A DNA stretch of 64,000 bases from the NCBI GenBank assembly GCA_964016885.1, contig OZ024750.1, positions 18,352,001 through 18,416,000 of the forward strand. Reading direction: 5' to 3'. The notes below the pieces were generated by a model. That model searched no databases and was not told the DNA's origin. It saw only the letters and a list, made by a program, of their open reading frames with translations. A program made the position numbers and the translations under genes. Position 1 is the stretch's first letter, and every line of letters starts with the position of its first letter. Below are positions 1 through 12,870 of the stretch, piece by piece. This DNA is from Eledone cirrhosa. Lineage: Eukaryota.

Positions 1-950
1 GTAAGTTGCCTCTTCTAGGTAACTTTAATGCATGTGTGAGCAGGAATTCAGTCGTCTGGGACCGTGTAATTAGGAAACACAGAGTAGGCAACCTGAATTT
101 AAATGGGCTTTGACTTCTTTTGTGCAGAACATTAATTCTGTATTACCAACTTGATGTTCCAACTCCTAACCAAGCAGAAAACCACTTGGAAGTACCCACT
201 GTCAGGATATTGGCATCTCATGGATTATGTTATTGTCCATCTTTGTAATATTTGCAATGTCTCTCTCACCAAAGCTATGAGAGGTGAAGAGTGTTGGACA
301 GATCACTCCCTTATATGCTCTACCTTCTAAGTTGTACCTCATGTACCTGCAAGAAAGCAAGCATCCAAACCTCATTTTAATGTAGTGTCTCTGGGATCTA
401 CCAAAGTCAGGCTCGTATTCCGGAAAAAACTTCAGTCTCGGCATAATAGTGTTCATATTCCCTCCTCGGATGGCGACCACAATCAGGAAGCTGAAATTGA
501 AGATATTTGGAGCTGACTGCTTGAAACCCTGTAATCGATATTGAAAGAAGTTCTAGTTCTCGGTATCTCTAAAAGAAAGAATCCTGACTGGTTTGACAAG
601 TCTACTGATGAGATATTGCATCTGTTGGAAAAAGAAGTCCATGGCCTCCAAGGTTCGCCTTGCAAACCCAAGTTCACTCTCCTATTTAGAGGCCTGAAAA
701 AAGATTTGGAGCAAAACACAACATAGATGAAGAAAAATCAAAAACTCCCAGAGGAATGCAAAATTACATAAAAATCCAATACTTTGCTGATAGAAGCAAA
801 ATAGGTTTGGCCCTGCCAGAAGAACTGTTGCTCACTTATGTATAGATGATGGAAGTCAACTTCTCAAGGACAAAACACAAGTACTAGATTGATGGGCAGG
901 AGATTTTCAGGACCTTCAGAACCAGATCCATTGACACTTGACGAGTTCCT
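1..950 (+). mobile_element. Degenerate RTE-clade LINE fragment (APE endonuclease C-terminal part and linker)
   Basis: Manual translation across stops/frameshifts gives LLLGNFNACV..W..VIRKHRVGNLN.NGL, CITN.MFQL...KTTW.YP.SGYWHLMDYVIV, CWTDH and DWFD, matching the GDFNA / ITNT.F / W.HP.S..WHLIDYV / SDH motifs of RTE endonucleases. Confidence 0.85.
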
Positions 951-1617
951 AATTTTTTTCTCTGATATGTGTAAGGCAGTATGTTTATGTGAGTGTATAT
1001 GTAAGTCACTATGTCTGTGTGATTATCCATGTAAGATAGTATATGTCTATATGAGTTTGTATAAGACAGTATGCCTGTGTGAGACAATATGTATGTGTAA
1101 GACACGGCGTGTCTGTGTGAATGTATGTGTTAGACACTGCGTGTGTGTGAATGTGTGTGTAAGACACTGCATGTCCTTAACACTATAACTAAATAAATAA
1201 ATAAATAAATAAATAATTACAGTACTCCCTCCCTCCTAAATCTCTCAATTTGTATGATGAATTATTATTATTCATCTGTTGCCTCAGCTGCCTCTCATTT
1301 TTCACCTCCTCACTATTTCTCTCTCCCATATCTCTCTCTATCTCTCTCTGTTTTTCTTTACATACATTTCTTCCTTTTCTCCGTCTTTCTTTCTAACTGT
1401 GCTTAACACTAAATATTTATAAACACTTCACTACCAAACCAACTTCTTAAATGGAAGTTGATCAATATTTATGGTACGTCAAATTTATTTATAAAACTGC
1501 TTATATATTGTATTTTATCTGAAGAAGGCATGCCATATTTTTAATATGGTATCCCTGAAATATGTATAATGAAATAAATATGGTTTTATAAATATAGTTT
1601 CCATTTGTTTAATATCG

Positions 1618-1642
1618 TATATATATATATATATATATATAT

Positions 1643-1684
<42 letters not shown>
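1618..1684. repeat. (TA)n microsatellite (representative of dozens in the window)
   Basis: Directly visible dinucleotide run. Confidence 0.98.
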
Positions 1685-1690
<6 letters not shown>

Positions 1691-2372
1691 ATAACAATGT
1701 TTACATGTATATGTGTATGACAGTATATGTCTGTATATGTTTATGTATGTATGTGTAAGAAAGCATATATGTAACTATGACTGCTGTTATTGTTATTGTT
1801 AAATTTCACAGTATGAATGGGATGATCACTGCTTACCCCACCACCACCACCCTTTTGTCATTCCTTCTCTCTGTTTTCTTTAGAGTTTCCTTCCTTCCAT
1901 GGAACTGGATATAGAATTGGGTGAGGTTGACATACTTAGAACGTTGCCTGAGAATTCTGGCAGGTTAAACATGTGGGTGGAGAAGAGAATTGCAAAAGGG
2001 TGCAGTTTTCTTAAAAACTGCTTCTGCTACCAAACCCCTGCTTCTACACTACAAAGCTTTTTTTTTAAAGCATTTATATTTATCTAAAAACCTTAGAATA
2101 CTAACTACGGCAGTACATATTCTAAATTTGGAACAATAAAAACCTTAGTGTACTAGCTACAACAGTACATATTCTAAAATTGGAACGATAAAAATCATTA
2201 GAGAAAAATAGAGCAAAAGAGAGAGCGAGAGGAAAAGTCAACCCCAGTACAAGACTGGTATTTATCTGTGGATCTTGAAAAGATGAAAAGCAAAATTGAC
2301 CTCAACAGAATTTGATCTCTGAGCACAGATCGACAGAACATGAACCAACCACAAAACATATCTAACATAAAA

Positions 2373-2540
2373 GGGCAGTAGATTGGCAGTATCAGTAGAG
2401 GGTCGGACGCCATGCTTTACGGTCTGAGTTCAAATCCCGCCAAGGTTAACTTTGCCTTTCATCCTTATGGAGTTGATAAAATAAAGTACCAGTAACGCAC
2501 TGGGATAATTGCTGGCCGTGTGCCAAAAGTAGAAACAATT
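2373..2540 (+). mobile_element. tRNA-derived SINE family A, internally deleted copy with 15-bp TSD
   Basis: A-box-like TTGGCAGTATCAGT, B box GAGTTCAAATCC, central GCCTTTCATCCTTA..G.GT.GATAAAATAAAGTACCAG, end GTAGAAACAATT; direct repeat ATATCTAACATAAAA at 2358-2372 and 2541-2555. Confidence 0.9.
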
Positions 2541-2618
2541 ATATCTAACATAAAAAGTGATGTGCTCATGTGCAGAGATGCTATAAAATAGGGTGATGAC
2601 TCTTAAAGGCGGAAATAC

Positions 2619-3105
2619 ACCAACAATACCACCAACCACACTGCCAACCATACCACCAACCATATCAACAATACCACCAACCATACCACCAACCATATCT
2701 ACAATACCACCAACCATATCACCAACCATATCACCAACCATACCACCAACCATACCACCAACCATACCATCAACCATATCTACAACAATACCACTCACCA
2801 TATCTACAACAATACCACCAACCATATCAACAATACCACCAACCATATCACCAACCATATCACCAACCATACCACCAACCATACCATCAACCATATCTAC
2901 AACAATACCACTCACCATATCTACAACAATACCACCAACCATATCAACAATACCACCAACCATACCATCAACCATATCTACAACAATACCACTCACCATA
3001 TCTACAACAATACCACCAACCATATCAACAATACCACCAACAATACCACCAACCATATCACCAACCATACCATCAACCATATCTACAACAATACCACTCA
3101 CCATA
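2619..3105. repeat. Minisatellite of 9/12-bp ACCAACCATA(C/T)C-type units with higher-order repetition
   Basis: Visible tandem units; 3n periodicity leaves frames open on both strands. Confidence 0.95.
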
Positions 3106-3107
3106 TG

Positions 3108-3344
3108 ATCCCTCCCTTCCTCAGTCATCTCTAGAGTGTGACGTCATCATCACCCCTTCTGCAATCCTCTAGAGTATGACATCATCATCATCACCCCTTC
3201 CTTCCTCAATCCTCTCTAGAGTATGACATCATCATCATCACCCCTTCCTCAATCCTCTCTAGAGTGTGACGTCATCACCCCTTCCTTCCTCAGTCATCTC
3301 TAGTGTGTGACAGACAGACAGAAGTCGCTCAATTTATATATAGA
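3108..3344 (-). mobile_element. Possible non-autonomous Helitron-like 5' end carrying a ~50-bp tandem array
   Basis: Minus strand starts TCTATATATAAATTGAGCGACTTCTGTCTGTCTGTC, resembling the TC-TATATATAAA..(GTCT)n starts of non-autonomous Helitrons; followed by 4-5 units CCTTCCTCA.TC.TCTCTAGAGT.TGAC.TCATCA; no 3' CTAG/hairpin found. Confidence 0.45.
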
Positions 3345-3553
3345 AAACTATCCATTTTAAAGTATCTATATTTACATTACAATCTTCCATCATAATTTTA
3401 TTTAAGAAATTTTTGTTAAGCAATGTTTTAAACATCAGCTTAATAAAAAGGTTTAAATTCCGCCAATTTTTTTTTATTATTTTCAAAATTAATTAAAACA
3501 AAAAGGCAGTGTCTTTCATTAGAAGTATGGTGATAAAAGGGTTAAAGTGTTTA

Positions 3554-3721
3554 CTGTATTTCCCGGCGCCGAAGACGCTGCTTTTTCCCTAAAATAAGTC
3601 TCAAATATCTACCATGCGTCCTGGAGGCCAAAGGTTTTTTATTATTTTTTTTCAAAATTTTTGTTGTCAAAATTAGGGTATGTCCTCGAGGACGAAACGT
3701 CTTCTGCGCCGGGAAATACGG
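3554..3721. mobile_element. Tc1/mariner-superfamily (Tc2/pogo-like) MITE
   Basis: TIRs CTGTATTTCCCGGCGC.GAAGACG / CGTCTTCTGCGCCGGGAAATACGG with TA on both sides (3552-3553, 3722-3723); a decayed relative lies at about 25272-25374. Confidence 0.85.
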
Positions 3722-4145
3722 TATATATTTATCTAAAAAAAAGAGGAGGGGGAGGATAGTGAAGGAGTGTTAGAGAAAGTGGGGTCAGGTAAGAGGGGGG
3801 GGGGACAGCGAGAGGGAGGAGGGACAATGAGGGGAGAGAGGGGACAGTGAAGGGGAGGGTAAACTTTACATAATAATTTTATTCCTTCCAAATTATTGAT
3901 TATTGTAAAAATTCATTGTAACATATAGGCCATGTATTTTATGAGAAATATGGTAACAAAAGACCTAAAGATGTTTTATATGGGTTATATTATAATCAAG
4001 GATGTTTTCTATAAACAGTGTCTAACCTATTGGCTAGAATATTCCAGATATTGGCTCCAGATTCTATCTTTTGCTGTTTATAATCAGCATGTCATGGTTT
4101 CAGATGAAATACTTACTAATGAACTGGATACCGCCTGTTTGTGTG

Positions 4146-4194
<49 letters not shown>

Positions 4195-4295
4195 TCGAGT
4201 GTATATAAGTGTGTGCGTGTGTGTATATATATATATATATATTCACACACACATTGCAAGCAAGGAAAAGCAGACGTAAAATGATGATGATGATG

Positions 4296-4331
<36 letters not shown>

Positions 4332-4619
4332 CATCATCATCATCATTTTACGTCCGCTTTTCCTTGCTTGCAAGGGTGGGACAGGTCCTCTTCAGCACAG
4401 CATCTTTCCATTTGAGTGTATATAAATGTGTCTATGTATGTATTGTATATGTTTCTCTGTGTGTGTTGTGTGTATGTGTGCATATATGTATGTGTATGTG
4501 TTAATATATAGATATGTGTGAGCACCTTCGTTTATGTATGTGTGTACAACCAGTTTATTCATTAAGATGTAGTATGCACCATTTTTATGAAGCTTCACTA
4601 ATTGTATTCACATAATGAT

Positions 4620-4960
4620 GGAGGCACATGGCTTAGTGGTTAGAGCATTGGCCTTGCAATCGAAAGGTTGTGAGTTCAATTCTCAGACCGGGTGATGTGT
4701 TGTTTCCTTGAGCAAGGCACTTTATTTCACATTGCTCCAGTTTACTCAGCTGTAGAAATGAGATGATAGGGACTGGGGTCCATATCATTCCACTGTAAAG
4801 TGGTCTTGGAGGTGCCACAGCAAAAAAGCACCCAGCACTCACTGTAAATGAGGTTGGTGTTAGGAAGGGTATCCAGCTGTAGAAATCAAGCTAGAATCAG
4901 TTCCCGTCCCACCCTTGCAAGCAGGGAAAAGTGGACATAAAATGAAATGATGATGATGAA
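4620..4960 (+). mobile_element. CORE-type tRNA-SINE (family B) followed by an RTE-type tail ending in (GAT)n
   Basis: A box TGGCTTAGTGG, B box GAGTTCAATTC, CORE-like TCCTTGAGCAAGGCACTT; tail GGTGCCAC..AAAAAGCACCCAG..TTAGGAAGGGTATCCAGCTGTAGAAA..GGACATAAAATG(ATG)n. Confidence 0.85.
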
Positions 4961-5189
4961 TGTAAGTGTGTAAGCATGTGTATATGTGTAAGCATGAGTA
5001 TGTATATGTGTGTCTGTGAGTGAGGATGTTTTTTCTTTGCATGTGTATGAATGGCTATATGTATATGTCTAAATATTTATTTGCGTGTGTATGTGTGTGT
5101 TGTGTATGTGTTTGTGAATGCCTGAGTGTGCGAATCTTTGTATATATATATCTCTATGCATGTGTGTATAATTGTCTTTGGCTATATGT

Positions 5190-5381
5190 ACACCTGCCAA
5201 CCTCTAAAAACCCAAATGGGGAATACCATGAAAAAAAAGTGCCCCAAAATAGGGAAAAATAAGGCAAAATGAAGAGATTTAACATAATGAAAGCTATACC
5301 CATTTTCACAAGAGAAGACATCTCTCACCCAACCCAAAGTGGGTGGGAGATCCCATCAGATGGGGAAAGTTGACAGGTCTG
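5190..5381. mobile_element. hAT-like MITE
   Basis: Imperfect TIRs ACACCTGCCAAC / GTTGACAGGTCTG with 8-bp direct repeat CTATATGT at 5182-5189 and 5382-5389. Confidence 0.7.
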
Positions 5382-6039
5382 CTATATGTGTTTTGTGTGT
5401 GTGTGTGAATTTGTCTATGTGCATGCATGAATGTTTGTGTCTGTTTGTGAATGTCTGTGGCTAGGAGTGTGTGCATATGTATTTGTCTATGTGCATGTAT
5501 GAATGTTAGTGCTTGTGTGTGTGTATACCTGTTTGTGAATCATTAAAGTGGACATTAAACGATTATCATTATCATCATCATCGTTTAACGTCCACTTTCC
5601 ACACTAGCATGGGTTAGACGGGCTATCCTATTTAAGGCAAGTTGGATCAGGTGACCATGTCTTACTCATACAGAACTGTTTCTGGCTAGGTTTCTACGAC
5701 TGGATGCCCTCCCTAATGCAAACCACATTTACAGTATGGACTATGTGCATGTGTATATATGTCTATATGTGTGTATAATTTATTCAACATATCTTTAGTA
5801 AAAGTATCACAGTGAAAGTAACTCCACATTCTCTCTCTATCTATCTCTCTCAGCAATACAACAGAGCACCTATGAGTAATAGGAAGAGAGGCTGTTAGTC
5901 AAATGATAAGAATGAGAAAGGGGGAGGTAGAGAAATAGATAGCAAAAGAAAGATATATTTATAAAGTTAGACTCAGAAAAATAAATACATATACCTAAAG
6001 ATCTAAAAGTCTAAAGTCTGTCTTTAGCCAGAAGGCTCA

Positions 6040-6290
6040 TTTGGATGGTGCTTATCCCAGTTTCACGGCGTGAAGCGACTGAGAGTACATGACTGCCTCC
6101 TGGACAGGACGCCAGTCCATCGCAGTGTTAAATCCCCAGCTATTGCTGGTACTCATTTTCAGCTGAGTATACTGGAGCAACGTAAAATGAAGTGTTTTGC
6201 TCAAAAACACAACACTCAACCCAGGAATTGAACCCACGACATTATGATCGCAAGTCCAACACCCTTACCATTAGGCCACGTGCCTCCACA
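6040..6290 (-). mobile_element. CORE-type tRNA-SINE (family B)
   Basis: Reverse complement gives GGAGGCACGTGGCCTAATGGTAAGG..GGGTTCAATTCC..TGTTGTGTTTTTGAGCAAAACACTTCATTT. Confidence 0.85.
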
Positions 6291-6452
6291 TACCTAAAGA
6301 TACACGATACATATTGTTATACTGATTATTATTAATATCATTATCATTATTATTATTATTCAGATAATTGTTCAACCATCACAAATGTAAAAGAAAAAAA
6401 CCAAAAAAACAAACAAGAAATAATAAAAAAAAATATGTGTATGTTCACTCAC

Positions 6453-6691
6453 CATGAATTTTTTCTTCTGGAATCTTTACATAAATGAATCCAGGCAGAA
6501 AGTAAGAGGGCAGTGAAGTTATTAGAGATGATATGGTTGAGTGGCTTTCATACAGACACAACTGGTAACTATTTTATACACCATATTGTATATTATTTGG
6601 TCTTATAACTTGACCAATGTCCTGTTCCTAGGTTGTGCTGGATGTGTCATGGTGAACTGTTGACCAATATATTACCCATGGCATCTCCCAT
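6453..6691 (-). other. Candidate internal exon (239 nt, no through-reading frame)
   Basis: Unique sequence bounded on the minus strand by a long polypyrimidine tract ending TTTCAAG| and a donor ATG|GTGAGT; all three frames contain stops. Confidence 0.4.
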
Positions 6692-7544
6692 CTTGAAACC
6701 AATGAAGAAAATATGAAAAAAAAAGAAAATATATAGAAATTTTATATCATCATCATCGTTTAACGTCTGTTTTCCACACTAGCATGGTTTATATGGGTTG
6801 TCCTGTATGAGGCAAGTTGGGTCAGGTGACCATGTCTTGCTCATACAGAACTGTTTCTGGTTTGGTTTCTACAGCTGGATGCCCTTCCTAATGCCAATCC
6901 CATTTACAGTGAGTACTGGGTGCTTTTTGTTGTGTCACCTACATGACCACTTTACAGTGTGGACTAGGTGTTTTTTATCATGACACCTACTTTATATATA
7001 TAAGTAAAAATTTTAACAACAAACAACAAACATTTTAACCCTTTAGCATTTACATTACTCTATATGTACTATTGTATTTTTGTGGTAAAGACTTTATCTT
7101 ACATAATATCTCACATAATATCAAATCTATGAGATTTTGATGATATATATTTTGAGAACATTACCTTAACATCAGTTTGAGTGGCCAGATATGGCCAGTT
7201 TGAAGAGAAAGAGGTGAGAAAATTTTGGCCAGATAAGCTGGTTTGAATGCTAAAACAGAAGTTAGTCTTGCAGACTCCTTCATACTCTTCATAAGATGAC
7301 TTGAGATAATATTTTTCAGCTGATTCCCCTTCCTAATGCCAACATAATTGTTGTACACTCTATTGCTTAATGCCAATGAAACAAAGATAAGCTCAAGTAT
7401 TTTAAGGCCTCTTCCCTACTAAAGCAGAAGTTAGACTTACAAGACTCATGGCAGAATTTCCATTTTGTCTTACTATCTGACAACCTCTGACTTTCCTTCT
7501 CATACAAGTGTGGAAATAAACATAAAAACAGTGATGATAATCAC

Positions 7545-7790
7545 CATCATCATATAATTCTTAGCCATGTCTTTCTTGGTCTTCCTCTTTCTCTACTTCA
7601 TTCCACCATTTCTCACACAAAAGTCACTTCCCAACCATTTCATTCCATTTCTCTTCACAACATTAATCACTGGCTCTATTTCCATTATCCTCTGCAATTC
7701 ATTTATTGTCTTCTCTTTCGGTGATATTCCACTCATTCACTGAACCATTCTCATTTTTCTTCTTTCCCTCTTTCTCTGCTGCTCCAATAT
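7545..7790 (-). mobile_element. Decayed RTE LINE 3' end
   Basis: Minus strand encodes an RGRPRKTW motif preceded by a KWFG-like motif; (GAT)n-like tail. Confidence 0.6.
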
Positions 7791-7805
7791 AAAACTTTGT
7801 TTTAA

Positions 7806-8017
7806 CCCTTTAGCATTTACATTACTTTATATTTACTATTGTATTTTCACAGTAAACACTTTATTTCACATAATTATCTCACATAATATCGAATCTATGA
7901 GATTTTGATATTATTTATTTTGATAGCAATACCTTAACATAAGCCGGTTATGGCTAATTTGAACAGAAAGAGGCGAGAGAATTCTGGCTGAATACAGCCA
8001 GTTTAAATGCTAGAGGG
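7806..8017. mobile_element. piggyBac-type MITE family P1
   Basis: TTAA then CCCTTTAGCATTTA; decayed right TIR TAAATGCTAGAGGG; body shared with the other P1 copies. Confidence 0.85.
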
Positions 8018-8661
8018 CTATAGTGTTTATATTCATATAAAAATCTTCCAGCATATGTAAGAACCTTTGTTAAGTTATATTGCAAACACCACCTTAATAA
8101 TTGTTTCTACTTTTGGCACAAGGCCAGCAATTATCCCAGTGCATTACTGGTGCTTTATTTTATCGACCCCTTAAGAAAAAGTGTTGGGAGACATAAAGTT
8201 TGGGAAGACCTTTCAGCTAATCTCACTAGTGTTGGTGATTACATGATAAATGTACCCAATAGAAGCTGTAAAGTGGCTGGTGATTGGAAGGGAATCCAAC
8301 CATTGAAAAACCTATGAAACAAAGGAATGGAAGGACTTATCAGCTGTATCAAGGATATAAACTCCTTAATGTAGGTGTCACAATAAAATGTACTTGGTAG
8401 TACACAGGATTGTATGCAAGCAAGTCACAGGCTGCTGGCCCGTTTGAGCACTAGGTAGAATGCAGGTTCCCAGCTTGCCGTAATGTCAGTATCTCCACTT
8501 TGAGTAACAACCCAGTCTGGTGACAACCCATCCAATCTTTGCTAGCAGAGAAATCAGACATTCAATGAAGATGAGGATAATGATGGGGAATAAAGTTATA
8601 TTAACAAATCCCTCTAAATTCTTGATTATTTTCAAAATGATTTGAAAATTGGCGTCTTTAA

Positions 8662-8850
8662 CCCTTTAGCATTTACTTTACTCTATATTTACTATTATAT
8701 TTGCACGGTAAACACTTTACCGCACATAATTTTGATATTTATTTTGAGAACAATACCTTAACATCAGTATGAGTGGCCAGTTACAGCCAGTTTGAACAGA
8801 AAGAAGTGAGAGAGTTCTAGCCGGATATGGCTGGATTAAATGCTGACGGG
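8662..8850. mobile_element. piggyBac-type MITE family P1
   Basis: TTAA at 8658-8661 and 8851-8854; CCC...GGG termini. Confidence 0.9.
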
Positions 8851-9879
8851 TTAAACCACCACCAATGATGTTGATTATTGTGGTTAGTGGTGGTGGTGAT
8901 ACTTAAATTTAAATAAAATGAATTGCCAATTTCTACTACTGCTGTTCTTACTTCTACTGTGACCACTACCATCAGCAACGCTACCACCACTACTATTACA
9001 ACTACTACCACAACCACTCTACTACTGCTGCAGCCACTACCACCTCCACAAGCTCCAGCATATAACCATTATTGTTACCACCACCATTACTACTACCACC
9101 ACCATGGCCACCACTACTACTACTACAAATTTTTTAAAGCTGTAAAATTACTTGCACCAGTTTGTTTTGTTTTGTTGTTTTTTCAATATATTATATACTG
9201 CCAGAAAATATTTTGGTATAATATATATTTTTTTCTTTCTTTTAAAAATAAACACTAAATATGTAAACATTTTAAAAGATATGATTATGTATATCTAAAT
9301 ATTAAGGTGGTCTAAAGTAATTGAAAAAAGATGTAAATCTCACCGAATTCTCTATTAATTTTCAAAATTAGTTGAAAATCATTTGTAGTAACAAAAGGGT
9401 TAAAATGTTTAATGTGATTGAAATATGGATCTATTTCACATAAAGAGATTTCTAAAAAAAATGTATCTGTAATGATATTTTTAAAATGGCTATACTTCAC
9501 ATAAGTTGAAGTAGGTAAGCATAAAAAAATGATGAAATTTCATTAAAAATATTGGTATTTACGTCATAACTTATGGTTTCTAAAACTAACAGCTGCTACA
9601 TTCACAAGTAGTGAAAGAGAGTTATGTCTGCTTTTCTATGCTTGTACTTGGTTAAATGAAGCCCGAAGACTATTCTAGTTTCATGAGTGTTAAGTGATTG
9701 AGAGTACGAAGCACCCTACACCTCCCCAAATAAGACTCTTATCCATCACAGAGACTCATTAGGCAAGAGCTTATCCTAGTTTTGTAGGTGTTAAGTGACT
9801 GAGAGAACAAGATTCCCTTCTGGACAGGATACTAGTCTGTCATAGAGTTAAAGTCTATCTTGAACCCAGAGGTTCATCA

Positions 9880-10705
9880 TGGAGGTGCATGGTCTTATGG
9901 TTAGGGTGTCATACTCACACTCATAAGATAATGGCTCTGATTCTGGGCAGTGCATTGAGTTCTTGAGTAAGATGATTCATTTGATATTGCTTTTCATGAG
10001 AGGACTGGGACTCCAACCATTAAAACACCCAAGAAACCTCCTGGGATGCAACTTTGTATGAGATCAGCTAAACTTACAAAAGTGAGTTGTAACAACAACA
10101 CTATGAAAGGATTGGCACCTTTATTCTTAAAGCAACCAAGAAACCTCTGTAATTCAACCTCACATGAGACCAGCTACACCTACATAAGTGTGAGCTGTAA
10201 CAATAACAATAAGGATTGGCATCCATATCATTAAAATAACCAAGAAACCTTTGATTAGCTAAAACCTCTTAGGGGACCAGCTAAGCCTACATAGGTGAGC
10301 TGTAACAACAATATGATAGGATTGGCACCCTTATCATTATAGCAACCAAATAACCAAGAAATCTATGAGATACAACCTCATACAAGGCCAGCTAAACCTA
10401 CATAGGTGTGAGCTGTGCCAGCAACATGATAGGACTGGGGCGCTTATTAACTTTTTAGCATCAAAACCGGCCATATCCGGCCAGAATTCTTTCACCTCTT
10501 TCTGTTCAAACCGGCTGTAACCAGCCGCTCATACCAATGTTAAGGTATTGTTCTCAAAATAAATAATATCAAAATCTCATAGCTTCGATATTATATGAGA
10601 TATTTTGTGAAAATACAATAGTAAATATGGAGTAATGTAAATGTTAAAGGGTTAAAACACCCAAGAAACCTCCTATGTGATACAACCTCATTGAAGACAA
10701 GCTGT
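9880..10705 (+). repeat. Decayed CORE-SINE head followed by about 4.5 tandem copies of a ~107-bp tail unit, interrupted by a MITE
   Basis: AGGA(C/T)TGG unit starts near 10001, 10108, 10212, 10318, 10431; shared CCAAGAAACCT..CAGCTA.ACCTACA..GTGAGCTGTAACAA. Confidence 0.85.
10451..10651. mobile_element. piggyBac-type MITE family P1 inserted in the tandem array
   Basis: TTAA at 10447-10450 and 10652-10655; the array unit resumes right after. Confidence 0.9.
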
Positions 10706-10980
10706 GTGGTATCATAAAATCAGAGGCAGTTTCAAGCAGTTTTGTATCAAAAGGGTTAAATAATTAGCAACTCTTTTCTTTCACTTTGACATTTACACCT
10801 AAAACTGAATAACATAACAGCTGCATTCCTTTAACCTTTTCGTTACTCTACTTTTAATGAAATACTACTATGTATTTGAATTCATTAATAAATAATTTGG
10901 AGGGATTTACTAAAATTATTAATCATTTCATTAAGACGATATTTGTAAACTTAAAAAATTTTGATATAAATAAGAACCCT

Positions 10981-11268
10981 TGAACCCTTTCATTGCTGTA
11001 TTTCTAATAAAATATATTTTAATTAATTAGTAAAGAATTTAGAAGGATTTATTATAATTATTAATTATTTCATTAAGATGCATTTGTAACATAAGTTCTT
11101 ATATAGAATTATATTGGATGGTTTTAATTTAAATAGAACCTTTTAAAATGCATGGTTTTGTTACATAGAACCACGGGTGGTTTTGAGTAGGTTGGTATCA
11201 AAAGAGTACATGGTTTTTGCCTTATAGAACCTGAAGTGGTTTTGGTGGGTTGCTATCAAAAGGGTTAA
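10981..11268. mobile_element. piggyBac-type MITE group P2 (AT-rich, ~250-290 bp; related pieces near 3.4, 10.85, 11.75, 12.3-12.6, 29.65, 35.6, 37.95, 53.0-53.7, 56.7, 57.4, 59.4, 59.8 and 63.6 kb)
   Basis: Termini CCCTTTCATTGC.. / ..TATCAAAAGGG followed by TTAA; right subterminal segment tandemly duplicated. Confidence 0.75.
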
Positions 11269-12784
11269 TCTTCACAAGAATCCTTTCATCTTCTCTTTAC
11301 AAAATAAAACCTTCCTCGTGATGGAGAAAAAGTTGCTCTTTCAAGTTTTTTTTTTCTAAAATAAGATTAGAAATTGAAAAAAAAACTTTGGAAAGTTCTT
11401 ATTTTTCCTCCCCTTTTTCTTAGATATTAACTTTTCCCATGTAATTCAATGTCATTTTTGCTATAGTTTTTTTTTTTTTTGCTAATGCCTTTTCTATTTT
11501 TTTTTTTTATTTGAAATAAAATATTACTTTAATCGAAATATGTCAGTTTTTTTTTGGTTATTGCATTAAAAAAAGTTAAAATTCCCCTGATGCAATGGAA
11601 ATAGATTTTCAAATGATAGGAAAGAACTAAATTTCCCTTGAGATCTGTGAGGAATAAATCAATAATATTTCATTATAGAAAAGCCCATGTTGGTAGAGAG
11701 GCCCATGTGAAGGTAAAAAAAGGGGGAGGTCCTTCTATAACTAACCTGACGAAAACCAGCTCTGGTTCTATGAAACAAAACCACCCATTTTAAAGGATTC
11801 TTATTTAAATTAAAATCTTCCAACAATTTTATATAACAATTCTATGTTAAGTTACTATTTCAGTAATGAAATAATTTTCGTAAATCTCTCAAAATTCTTC
11901 ATTAATTAAATGGAAAAGTGTGTATTTCATTAGAAATTAGAGCTAAATATCAGCCTCTGAAATTTGCTCAAGGTTTAAACCTTTTTCACACCAAAAAGCC
12001 TAAACCAGCTCTTGTTCTATGATAAAAAAAACTGTTTATTTTAACCCTTTAGCATTTAAACCAGCCATATTCGGCCAGAATTCTCTCACCTCTTTCTGCT
12101 GAAACCGGCTGTAACCGACTTCTCATACCGACATAAAGGTATTGTTCTCAAAATAAATATCAAAATCTCATAGATTCAATATTATGTGAGATAATTATGT
12201 GAGGCTTTACCATGAAAATACAATAGTAAATATAGAGTAATGTAAAAGTGTTTATATCTCTATAAAAAAACTTCTATCATAGTTTTATGAAAGAACCCTT
12301 AAGTTATGTTCCAAACACCAACTTAATAATGTGAAAGTTAGTTATATTACTAAATCCCTTCCAAATTCTTGATTATTTTCAAAATTATTTCAAAATCATG
12401 AGTAGCATTAGAAATATACTAACAAAATGGTTATCTTAAAATGATCCATCATAATTTTATGTAAGAACCTTTGTTAAGTTATGTTCCAAATACCAGCATA
12501 ATAATGAGAAGATTAGTTATATTACTAAGTCCTTCTGAATACTTGATTATTTTCAAAATTATTTGAAAGACATAGGCAGTCTTTCATTAGAAATATGGCA
12601 ATGAAAGGGTTAAGGACAGAAACATCTTAGATAATAAACACCAAATTAACAATAAAATATTTCTTAGCAACTGCCATGTTGGGCCAATGGAAAAAAAATG
12701 GTTATTCCTTAAATAGAGTTATTATCTAACACATTCCAAAGATTTACAGGAATAATTAATAAATCAATCAAATATTAATCTTAC

Positions 12785-12870
12785 CTGAGCGATACCTGTC
12801 TGGTGCAGTGACAATGAAGATGTAAGTTCAAATTTGATTATCTTTATTAGGAGTCAGCTAATTATTCAAG
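12785..12870 (-). other. Candidate internal exon (86 nt, non-coding)
   Basis: Minus strand acceptor CCTATATTTTTTTCAG| with a long polypyrimidine tract, donor CAG|GTAAGA; unique sequence; stops in all frames. Confidence 0.5.

Noticed and set aside
2593-3108. 171-aa mucin-like Thr/Pro/Ile ORF (and 232-aa antisense ORF)
   Set aside because: Entirely a 3n minisatellite open on both strands; no signal peptide, clear splice context or non-repetitive domain
4620-4695. tRNA genes at SINE heads
   Set aside because: A and B boxes are present but no complete cloverleaf; each runs directly into SINE body sequence
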